DNA from: Octopus sinensis
Lineage: Eukaryota
Length of the DNA: 64,000 nucleotides
NCBI RefSeq assembly: GCF_006345805.1
Contig: NC_042997.1
Span: 16,988,001-17,052,000 of the forward strand
Direction of reading: 5' to 3'
The notes under the pieces are model-generated. The model saw only the letters and a program-made list of their open reading frames with translations. It was not told the origin of the DNA and did no database searches. How positions within the stretch are numbered: the stretch's first letter is position 1; each line of letters opens with the position of its first letter. A program made the position numbers and the translations under genes. This document shows, piece by piece, positions 12,956-24,760 of this stretch.

Positions 12956-15900
12956 TCATACACACATACATATATATACACATGTATACACACACATAAT
13001 GTACATGTGTTTCTTGAGGAAACTGGATCATATTCTGCTAGTATGTTGCTATGAGTTCAATAGCATTAATCAGATAGGGTTTGAAATTCCCTTGGGATGA
13101 GCCACCATTTTGTTGCAGAAGACATTTCATGAAGCTCTGACATATTTCTCTCCCAATCAGAAATGCTGGGCCCCAAAAGGTAAGAAAATGTCTATAGCAG
13201 ATATGAAAACTTGTCACCTATACCAACTGACAATAGAATACCTTGTCCAATCAGTTAAATCTTCTGAGTGATTGTCTGTATACTTGAGTGCATGCGTATG
13301 TATGTCTATATGTATGCATGCATGTATGTATATATGTATGTATATATGCATGTATGTATATATGTATATATGTATGTATGTTTGTGTACACACACACACC
13401 CTGAAAAATAGAAAGGAGCAAAGAGACATGACTTGTACTTTTTCATTTACAAACTGACCAAACAAATAAAACAACAAACCTACTTCATGTTAAACAATTA
13501 TACAAAACTAATTATAAAATCTAATATAAACTAGCATTTTGAATCAAAACAAAACAATAAAAAAAGGGCAAATGTGGAATTAATGTCAATATTATCCACA
13601 GGACAATCTTGTGAATTTTGCTTTCATCTACTTTTTCTATTCATTTCTTATTTTCGTTTTTTGACTTTCTTTATAAAAACTGCAATGTGCAATTCTGTTG
13701 AAACCTAATTGAAATTGAGCAGTCATTGCCAAAAGCAATACTAGCCTAGGAATAAGAAATAATAAAGGTAAAAATTGGGAGAAGCAAATATAAAAAAATT
13801 CTTCAAATCAAAATATTCTTAAGAACTCAACTTATGTTGTGCTTCTTTCTGTAGCAAATTTTACTTCCATGGCTTCTTCCTGCTTCAAAGACATTATTAC
13901 TGATAGTGTATCATTTTTCCCTTTCTGCTTTGTTTTTTAAGATTTCTTTATGCAGTTATATATATTTCTATAAATATATGTTGTTTTTCTTAAAATGTTA
14001 ATGTATCTTTTTCTTTCTCAGTCATACATATTAGGTACATTTCTTTTATTGTACCAACAAGTACTCAGCCCTCGCAACATTATTATTCAATATTTCTACA
14101 CAAATAAATGGTAATTGTGTCACTGAGTCATTTTCTAGTCTCAAGCCACAATAGTCTTCAGATGTTTTTTTTTTCTTTTTTTTTTTTTTTTTCTCCCATA
14201 CCAAACCCCATATGGGTATTTCCTTCTTTGAACTACTATGAAGTTTAGAGATAAAACAAAAAGCATTAAGAATGGAGCATTTTAAAACAAGAAATACAAG
14301 CTTGTAATAATCATATTTTGGCAGATCTTACAGACATCTTAGATATCCATTAGAACTTTTGCATAATTACTTACTGCTTATGAATGTTTGATGTCTTTCC
14401 AGCCTAATTTAGTAGCAGGAGTAAAATAGAGATGAAGAGTTCACTATCAAACTTCTGAATATCATTGACAAATTCTTTCTTTCAATATATATATATATAC
14501 TGTATGTTGTTAAAATAGTTCTTCCTCAGTTTTTAGGATGTATTTTTTATATATATCTTTTATATTTGTAAAATAATAAATGAAAAACCAGGAAAGAAGT
14601 AAAATGCAATTTGTTCATTCTATGATTCTTAGCTTTGATTTATATTTATTTTAAGTTTTTCTTTTTCTATCACATACTTAAAGTAAAACAAAATAACAAA
14701 CAAGCAAAACAAAAAAAAAAGCTGCAAAGACACGCTTTCTTTTTCTTTATTTTATTTTGTTCCTCCCTATTAAAGGATAAACTAACCCACTCTAGCTTAA
14801 AAACAAGAGGATTCTACTTAAAATCAATTTTATTTCTGTCGACATTACACTCAGAAAAGTTCTTAAATTTTAATTTGAGGTTGCTAGCTAATTGGCACGA
14901 GTAGTGGCCAATTAACAGAGAGCATACTGGCTTGAGGAGACAATTAAGCAGCTTGCTGCCTCCTTTCTCATCTTCACCATCATCACCAATACCACCACCA
15001 CTATAACATCATCTTTAAGGTTGGTAGTCTTGTCTGGACTGCCTGAGTCTGTATTTAATTGATTCTGGCCTAGGCTGACGGAAATAATGCGGGAACAAGC
15101 TTAAAATTATGAGAATAAAATAATAACTAATTGCTTATATAAAATGATCTCAAATACAAGAAGAGTAATGTAAAGTTATGGAAGTAATTTCTATATCAGC
15201 TTTAAATTGGAATTAATAATAATACTGCCACTGATGATGATAATAATAGTTATATTACATAAAATTTGTGAGGATTGGGATGTGGTAAGCTGTGATATTC
15301 ATTCCATTCTAAAATACATTATCTTTAGAGATTGAAATGCAATAAATGGGATGGTATCTTAGTATCTTAATTGTAATGGGCATTTATCTGTAGATGACAT
15401 TTGATTTCCATTTTTCTGTGAAAGATTCCTTTCTATTTATTCTTTCTTATTTGTAAGTATTTCTAATAGATATATGTGAATACTTCTTTAGAAGTTGTTA
15501 GTGCTTTAAGTCAGTTCTCATCAGGCAGATCTATGATTAAAAGTATTCCAGCTATGACCATCTCATCGTCTCTCTTCAAACAGAGTATCTCACTTTATGT
15601 TACTCAATGTGTCCTTTTGGTTTTTTAAATGGTATCATGTGCATTGAGAGATATATAGCTGCTATTTCTTAAAGTCAAACGACGGGAAAGAAGTCTCATT
15701 TGAAGCACTGATGCTTAGCTTTGGTTTCAGTGAATTAAACAAATGAGAAATAATCTCCTTTTTGGTCTACTATAGGTAATATTTCCGCATGATTTGATAT
15801 TGATGCTCTTCCTGGAGCTAAATGAGCTGGAACATGTAAACCCCAGTATATAGTGAAACACTTACACTAGAATTGAACTTAGGATCTACGAGCTGGGAGC

Positions 15901-16645
15901 TCAGCACCATTGACCATTTTATTTTTGTAATTAATATACACATACACATGCACGTATATAAATGTAATTTTTTTTTAAAGTTTATACGCCATAGGGAGAA
16001 AACTTTCCTGTTGTTATAGATTAAAACTTTCATCATATAAAGAGTAATGTTTTTTTCAGTTTTTGTCTATGGAAACATGAAAATTCTTTTCTGTGAATGT
16101 GGGGGAAGGAAGTAGTAGGAAAGAGAAAAAAGAAAAGAAACTGAAGGAGAGTGAGTATGGAAGCGGAGCAGAGATAAAGTAAGAACAAGAAGGAAGATGA
16201 GGATATGTGTGTGTGGGTGTGCATATGCATATAATGGCTATGAGCACTATAGAGTAAGTGTAAGTTCTTGGTCAACTGCATAAACTAACAAACAACTTCC
16301 ACTTGAACAATTGCACTGTTTTATGATATCTATGATTTCTGATGGTTGTAGTAAAGAGGATAGCTGACTTTTCTTTAACAAATCCTATGAGAAATTATTC
16401 TATGGCAGTAAGTGAACAACCCATTAAATGTAATTAAAAGAAAGAAATGCATATAATTTTAAAAACCTCTGGTACATTTTATTTTTATATGGTATATTGG
16501 CCAAGTTTCTTCTACTTTTGTCTCAGGTTGATCAGTGTCTAATGAATTAAATTTGAAACAGAAATCTGTTGTGTGTATGTATGCATGTATATGTGTGTGT
16601 GTGTGTACATATGTATATACATGCATACATATGTACAAATATATA

Positions 16646-16708
<63 letters not shown>

Positions 16709-16709
16709 A

Positions 16710-16741
<32 letters not shown>

Positions 16742-16747
<6 letters not shown>

Positions 16748-16873
16748 TAAATATTAGGGAATAAATCCAAATTTACAGGGAAAAAATCAGATTTAGGATT
16801 AAATCGATTTTATAGTAAAATATTATAAAATATTATTCGAGACAAAACCACAAATGTGGTTTTGTCTCGAATA

Positions 16874-16883
<10 letters not shown>
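16742..16883. repeat. Repeat fragment inside a (TA)n tract, ending in a perfect 29-bp hairpin (possibly Penelope-related)
   Basis: 16824-16852 tataaaatattattcgagacaaaaccaca, loop aa, then 16855-16883 as its exact reverse complement. TA runs flank both sides. Confidence 0.7.
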
Positions 16884-16919
<36 letters not shown>

Positions 16920-16950
16920 CATATATGTATATAAATGTTAAATGATGAAA

Positions 16951-17095
16951 AATGACTGCTCAACACCGCATTGGTGGATATAATTTCTTTGTTTGTGAAT
17001 TAAGGCTATCATTGTTTGCATGTTAAGAAAAGTAGGAAAATATCCTAGAGCCTTAACAATTTTTCAAGCAGATTACATGGAGAAAGGTGTTCACC

Positions 17096-17100
<5 letters not shown>
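16951..17100 (+). repeat. Unclassified dispersed repeat, copy 1 (copy 2 at about 37755-37920)
   Basis: Shared tgctcaacac(c/t)gcatt...catgttaagaaaa(g/a)taggaaaatatc...tttttcaagc...acatggag. Both copies sit next to (TA)n. Confidence 0.7.
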
Positions 17101-17132
<32 letters not shown>

Positions 17133-18587
17133 TTTGTTCATCCATATATTTTACATTCCGTTTCATGCTGGAATAGGCTAGATGAAGATATACTAAGCCA
17201 CTATTTTACAGTCGGAAGCTTTCTTGTTGCCAAACCTTATCTATTTTTCAAGTAAGGGATTTTTTTCATTCCACTGGTCTTCATAACTACAGAGCTGCAG
17301 GTTATACTGTTTACATCAAATGACATCATCATTTTGCTCAAGTGGTACCATGCAAGAACATGTGGAATTTAAACATTCCACACATACATACACACACACA
17401 TATACACCACACATTCAGAAATGTGTGTGTGTGTGTGTGTGCACATCTGTGTGTTTGTCTCCGTGTGTTCATTGATTCTGTTTGGGCAGTGGTGACATTT
17501 ATTTATGCTCTATTTAAACAAGTCCCACTGCTCAGTGGTTTAACATGTATACAGACTCCTGTGTATGTTGATAATATTTGAGTAGATGTTCCATGCATTC
17601 TTATATATTACATATGTATATATGAATCTCAATTATTGTTTTTGTCATGTCATAGTCTTTAATTTCACACTCACTCACCTACTCTGCACCTTGAAAATAT
17701 AACAAAAGCTTTTTGCAAAATAGAAAAATATGTGTCTTTGGGTGGCTAATAATATAACCAATGACCAAATTGTTCTCTCTTTTTGCTGTTTCTCTCACAT
17801 ATCTGCAATACCCGTTTATACACTGCTCTCTCTATTTCACTCTCTTATGCATTTATATATACATACACACTCAATTTTCACACACACATACATAAGATAC
17901 AAAGCAAAAGTAACATACATAAATAAAATGTCAAAGAATTAAACTAAGAAAGAGTCAAAAGAACTTAGTTAAATCCGAGCTTTGTAATGGTAAACACAGC
18001 TTTTCTTTTTTACTTTCATGTTAGTAAAGCTGAGTTGAAGATGACTTTGCTGAGTCAGTAGCTTAGGTGTGATGATTCAAACTGGCATTCAACTATGATG
18101 GATTCCTCTGTACGTTGGAGAATCTTTACAAATATGTTTTAGAAGCCATCAATAACTAGAGACTGAATAAATTCATAGTGATGTAATAAGCAGGTTAAGT
18201 ATACGTGCTCTTCTCCTTGTTCTTGTTTCCATCCACTAGGAACAATCTCATGCAAGTAAATTTCCTATAGACTATTCTGAGAGGCTCCAAATAGACATAC
18301 ATCAAAACCGGCACCCTCACCCTCACCAACATCATCATCCTTATCATCATCATGATGCTCCCACTGCTTCTGCCTCTGATGCTGCCTTTGATGCTATCAT
18401 CACTGCTGCTACCACTGCTGCTGTCACTATTGCCATCCTCACTCCCACTCCAGCAGTACCAGCTTTACTTAGCTTTTCCTTGCTAGCATAATTGAGATTG
18501 GAACAGAGTAGATTCCACATTCCTTTGTTAACTCACCAATACATGCACACTGGTGCAACTACTTCCTTGTTTCTCTAAGAATTGTAA

Positions 18588-19007
18588 TCATGACTGGGTG
18601 ATTAAGAAGTTTGCTTCTTAGCCACAATGTTTTTGGGTGCAGTTCCACTGCATGGCACCTCATACAACTGACCTCTACTATAGCTGTGGGCTGACCAAAG
18701 TCTTGTGAATGGATTTGGTACATGGATACTAGAAGAAGCCTGTTGTACATGTGTGAGTGTGAGTATATGTTTGTGCTCACTGTGTAATAGTTGTATATGA
18801 GCGTCACTGTTATACAAGCAGTGTAATTTGTGTCTAGTATTCCATGAGAACATGCCTTCCCATGGGAAAATACTACCTTGCATGTAAACAGGTGGAGGTT
18901 AGTAACAGAAAGGGCATCTGGTTGTAGAAAATCTGTTTCAGTAAACTCTGTCTAAACCATGTTAGCATGGAAAAGTTGGTGTTAAAATAGTGATGATAAA
19001 GATGATT
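18588..19007 (+). mobile_element. tRNA/CORE-head SINE with an RTE-type tail (family B', degenerate)
   Basis: The head is homologous to the reverse complement of 30960-31120. After a (GT)n hinge the tail aacagaaagggcatctggttgtagaaaat...agcatggaaaag...gatgat is homologous to 9945-10093. Confidence 0.75.
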
Positions 19008-19479
19008 ATACATTTATACATGGTGACTGTTCCATCTTCACAGTTAATTACAATCTTCGTGTGCTTCCTTGTTGGCAATGGCACTTCCGAATTTCCACCC
19101 ATGACTTCTCAGATGACTATTCAGCCCTGTTGAGTGTGGAAGTACCTCTCAGGCACTATTATTCCCAGGTATAATCTGACATGGAGAAGTAGCACCTGTC
19201 AGGATCCCAGCTATGGATTAACACATGTGATGGCAATCCACTTGAGTGCAAGGACACAGAGTTGGTGTTAGGGTGTGTAAAATCACTGAGAGTTTAGAGC
19301 CCCTAGCTGTTGACATTGTATCCTTCTAGGAGAGGGACACTCTGATGTAAACCCACAGTTTCACATGGTTACACACATACATACACACACACACTATATA
19401 CATACATATATACATACACATAATTTGAGAGATAATTGAGGTGTTTTGATGCTTAAGTTTCTCGTACATATCTCCAATG

Positions 19480-19820
19480 TCATCATCATCTTTTAATGTC
19501 CATCTTCTATGCTGTCGTAGGCTGGACAGTTTGGCTGGACCGTTTGACAAGAACTGGCAAGCTGGAGAGCTGCACCAGACTCCATAGTTTATTTTAGCAA
19601 GGTTTCTACAGCAGGATGCCCTTCCTACTACCAGCCATTTTACAAAATGTACTGTGTGCTTTTTATGTGGCACCAACACCATCAGGGTTGCCAAATAACT
19701 TGCAAGACAAAACCCTCCCAGCTGGGAGGAGGAGTGGAACTAAAAGAGGTGGCTGTGTGCCAGGTAAGAGGTTAGAGTACAATAAAAGGATAGAGATAGA
19801 TGTCTTACTATAGAGGAGAT
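19480..19820 (-). mobile_element. RTE-tail element, degenerate
   Basis: (CAT)n, then ...gtttctacagcaggatgcccttccta...gcttttatgtggcacc; reverse-complement homology to 9911-10093. Confidence 0.75.
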
Positions 19821-19917
19821 ACTTAGCTACTCCAGCAGGGAAAGAAAGGGTAGGAAGAAAACACAGAATAAGAGAGAAAGATAGAGAGACAATCAGAGTG
19901 CAAGAGAGAGAGTGTGA

Positions 19918-19982
<65 letters not shown>

Positions 19983-20930
19983 AAGAAATAGATGATGTTG
20001 GAGATGTATTGGGGCCTACTCACAGGGAACAGTGGGGGAAGTATCAGTAGTAAAGAGGGGAAAGAGGGGAAGGTTCCATAAGAGTGTGAGGGGAGATGTT
20101 TAGAGCTGGGGAAGAGGTAACTGTAGCAACTGATGATGAGAAAAATTGGAGCGGCTGGGAGGTGGGATATGGTAAATATATGAAGATATAAAGAGTGTAC
20201 AGATAAGCACGTGAGAAAGGGGCCTGCATTGGGGTGATAACGGGTGGTGGGATGTGTGGGTGCTGGGAAGATAACTTGTGAATATATATATGTATCTTTA
20301 TATGAATGTATGATGTGTGTGTTTTGTAAGGGGTAGCTAAGGTATCTAAGAATTAGCAACTGAAGGGGTATCCGGCCATAAAGCATTGCTGCAGAAAAGT
20401 CATCCAACCAATGATTACACACACACACGCACATATATATATAAAAGAAAACAAAAAATGGAACAGGAATGTAACAGGCAACAACAAAACATCCGGACAG
20501 TTATTTGATACAAAAGGGAACAGGAAAAAACAAGGAAGGGTCATTTGAAGCTTCCTATCCTCAATCAAGTTCCAGATCATCTTTGCAGTTTCAGCTGGTT
20601 TTATATATATACACACACAAATACACATACTCATAAATGAATTAGCTCATGGAAGCTAAACTTGCATTAAGATTGAGAACTAAATCAGTGTCATACCATT
20701 GTATGCTCTTAATGTATATACGTGTGCATGCATATGTGTAATGCAGTACATTTTCAGCCAACCAAGTATGAAAATTGTATTCAATTTATTTAGCACTTAT
20801 TATTCAAATATACAAAAGAGTCTCTTTTTCTCTCCCTCTCTTGCTCTTTCTCTTTATGGAAACGTTTTAATGGATACATTACAAAATATATAATTCCTTT
20901 TACTACCTGTGCTGCAGGTAGATTTTTTTA

Positions 20931-21000
20931 CTATGCTATGTACAAAATGCAGCCTTGCTTTCTGACAAAGGCTGTATTTTGCACAAGTACCATGTATAGC
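20931..21000. other. Hairpin of pre-miRNA size (candidate only)
   Basis: tgtacaaaatgcagcctt (20939-20956) pairs with aaggctgtattttgcaca (20968-20985): 18 bp with one mismatch and one G-U, 11-nt loop, and a possible bulged lower stem. Confidence 0.3.
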
Positions 21001-21739
21001 TATTTTATTTCATTTCTCACTCTTCCAAACTGTTTGAAGAATACATAAAATAAATGAAATAAATATACATCACTAAACACTGTCTCATCTCTTCCATCAA
21101 AGCTAATATTAGGAAGAAGCCAAGCTACTTGGTAAACAAATCTACCTAATTACATATGTTTAATTGTATTTATGCTGTCAGTATGTTATGTAACATCAAC
21201 AAACATGGCAAACAAGCTGAAGGTCAATTATAAGTTTGGTACTTGGGCAAATGGATTTGGATTTGTTATCAGTAGATATAGAAATGAAGGGTGGCATCAA
21301 ACATAAGGCCACTATTAATCAATTAATATGGTAACTACTCTGTAAATTATCCGCTGTGTTTCTGCAATAATAAATTAGGGAATTCAATATTGATTCACCA
21401 TACCTGACCATAGATTAATAAGTTAAATAACTGATTAATAAATTAAGTAACTGAAATGTCTAGAAAACTGCTTGATTCATTATTGTCTTCCTATGCTTCA
21501 GAACCTTTTCAGTTTCATTTCAACAGAATTCTTACAGTGTATTTACATGTGATATCTTCAAATTATTGTACCAAAATATTGCCCACACAACACCTCACAA
21601 TATCGCTCTATCCTTTAATATGCTACACCACACCATACTCTAATGCACTACAGCTTACTATACCACAATGCACTAAACTGAACAATACAATATCACACCA
21701 AGAGTGGTTTCCCATAGCTCAGAGAAACAAAAATAGACC

Positions 21740-21892
21740 TCAGTTCTTGATTAGTACTTCATTTAACGACCCTGAAAAGATGAAAGGCAAAGTTGACCTT
21801 GGCAGGAATTGAACTCAGAGTGTGGTGAGTTGGAACAATTACTGCAAGGCATCTAATCCGATACTCCAATAACATTGTCAGTTCACTACCTT
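21740..21892 (-). mobile_element. tRNA-derived SINE family A, degenerate
   Basis: gaccctgaaaagatgaaaggcaaagttgaccttggcaggaattgaactcagag. Confidence 0.75.
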
Positions 21893-21948
21893 AATGTTTG
21901 GCACACCTACATACATGCATGCATACATACGTACATACATACGTACGT

Positions 21949-21986
<38 letters not shown>

Positions 21987-22237
21987 GTTCTGTTCTTCCT
22001 ACTATAACTGTTGTGACTTTTGTGTTTTTATTTTCCCTTCTAATTTAATTGTTGTGGTTGTTGGCATCATCCCTGTCGTACCTCTCATAATCTTTGCTAC
22101 GTTTAATAATAAAACTACTTAATATTTTTATTGTTATTTTTGGTGTTGAAACAACCTCCTGTTACCACTGTTACTATCACTACTATTCTTGCTACCACTG
22201 TTGTTGCTGATCCCTCTCACTATGACTGCTTTTGTGT

Positions 22238-22272
<35 letters not shown>

Positions 22273-22534
22273 TAGTTGTTCCTGCAGCTGTTTACTGTAA
22301 CCTCTTCTAATTTGCCATCCCGTATCTCACATAATGGTGGAATTATGTTTGCTGATAATAAATCCCTGCAGTGTTTTTACATTGGCAAATACAGCTCCTA
22401 CTTGTAACTTGGTTCTCATATACAAAAAATCAGCTAATAAGTGCACACATTTTACCATTTTGTCACGATCTGCAAATCCTAATGCTATATCCATCCACCT
22501 TTTCCTTCTTCACTATTCCAAGGTGTTTTTCACC

Positions 22535-22565
<31 letters not shown>

Positions 22566-24009
22566 TGCATGCATGCATGTCTGTATGTATGTATGCATGC
22601 ATGCATGCATGTATGTATGTATGTATGTATGTGTTACCACCATCTTAATATTTTATCACAGTCTTTATTAATATAATATTGCTATTGTATTATGTGAGTT
22701 TATAAATTCCAACATTGTAATGTACACCCTTTTTGTTTTTGTAATTTGTCCTTGTAATGTACACTCATCCATTACTCTTGTGGCAAATACAAGAAACTAT
22801 TATTATTATCACTATTATTATTATTATTATTATTATGAAAAATATTATTACTTTTATTATTATGTTTGTATGTATGTATATGTGGTTGTTTACATATCCC
22901 TTATAAATATTAATGTTATTAATATTTTGATAGTTTCCCTCCAATTTTCTCTATGTAAGTAGCTATGAGCTTAAAATTAAAGCTATCAGTGCAACCAATT
23001 TCAGTATTAATGCATCGCATATAATATAATGATATGTTTTACAAAATTAGTTTTGCCTATTCATTTTATTCCATATATGTAAATATATGTATGTATGCAT
23101 GTATATATATATTCATTTGTTTTTGTAAATTTTCTTCATATACATTTGCATATTTCAGTTTATTGCCTCAGTGAAATATTAAACATTGGCAATAACTCTC
23201 ACTGCAAGGTAATAATTTCTCTGTGTGTGGAATTGGAACATATCAGTCAGATTGCTGCAAAAATATTCCATCAATATTGCTATATTTCCAGTGAGTCTTA
23301 TTTACAAGAGTTTAGATAGCATAACATATGAGAGATATCAGAGAAAAAACATGTGTACCATTTTGGTTCATTATACAAAACTGTTATGAGAAATTGCTGA
23401 ACCAGAAATAAAAACATAAAAAATACAACAAGCAACAAAAAATAAATTTGTATGTTCTGTCCAAAACAAAAAAAATAATTAAAAATAAATAGAATAAAAT
23501 AAAAAGTAAATTCATAAACATACACATAAGAAAAAAAGAGAAAAAAAAAATCAATTTTGTTAAAAGAATTATGGGATATTCCCATAGGCTGTTTGTATGT
23601 TATGTTGCAAGCATTATTAATTGCAAAAAGTATTTGTAAAGGTCATCTGTCAAACACAAAACACATTTTGAATAAAAATGCAGAAAATTTAACAAAAGTT
23701 ATTTCAAACAACTTCTTCAAATATGATTTTCTTTCTTTTTCTGTGGACATGTGTGTATTTTTGTATGTGAGCACGTGTGTGAAGATTGGGCTGGAGGTAT
23801 GCAGTAGTGCAATGAACTACAGTTGATAGTTTTAAAATTTAACTTATCAATAGGATCTTGCAACATCTGCAAAATTTTCTAAGAATGAATGTTTGTTTTG
23901 GAGAAATATGCTGTTAGAATAATACAACATGGACATTGTGCATACAAATCTAAATGAGTAGTGATGTCATCATAGGAAGAGATACAGTGATATATTTATA
24001 TAGATGTAT

Positions 24010-24015
24010 TTATGC

Positions 24016-24048
<33 letters not shown>

Positions 24049-24541
24049 AATACACATGTACACACACACACAGATACACATACGTAGATATATATACACA
24101 CACATTCATGTGCAAGTATCATTATATAAATATTCATGTACAATGAAATCAAGGAGAAATACATACATACACATATACATTATATTATGTATATGCATAT
24201 GTATATATACATATATACTCACACACATATATATACGTATACATGCACACATATATATACATATACAAGCACATATATATATATACATATACAAGCACAT
24301 ATATATATATACATATACACGCACACATATCTATATATTCATACATATATACATATACACATATATATGTATATATACATATATATTGTCATCATCCAGT
24401 GTTTTAAATCTGGATTTTGTCCCCGTTAACAGGGGTGGCCAGATCTACTTCCATGCCATAGCAACTGCTCTCATACCATCTCGCCATATATGTATATATA
24501 CATAAATATATATATTACATATACATATATAATATATATAT

Positions 24542-24593
<52 letters not shown>

Positions 24594-24760
24594 CATACAT
24601 ATATATATATATATATACACATATAAATAAGTATGTTTATACATATAGATGTATATGAACATACATATATATGTATGCACACACACATATACAGACACAC
24701 ATATATACATACATAAATATACATATAAAAGTATACACACACATAGATATATATATATTT
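24010..24760. repeat. Compound TA/CA/TACA microsatellite block; one example of dozens (e.g. 2395-2520, 12700-13000, 16570-16930, 38475-38700, 51600-51690)
   Basis: Di- and tetranucleotide runs are directly visible. Confidence 0.95.
24386..24488 (-). mobile_element. Short LINE 3' end (probably RTE clade) inserted in a TA microsatellite
   Basis: The minus strand reads [13 protein letters not shown] followed by tctggccacccctgttaacggggacaaaatccaga...ctggatgatga, a short stem-loop and GAT tail. Confidence 0.5.

Noticed and set aside
13119-13179. Plus-strand 61-nt exon candidate (ttttgttgcAG...AAG|GTAAGA; KTFHEALTYFSPNQKCWAPK)
   Set aside because: The pyrimidine tract is short, there is no recognisable homology or partner exon, and such pairs are expected by chance in 64 kb.
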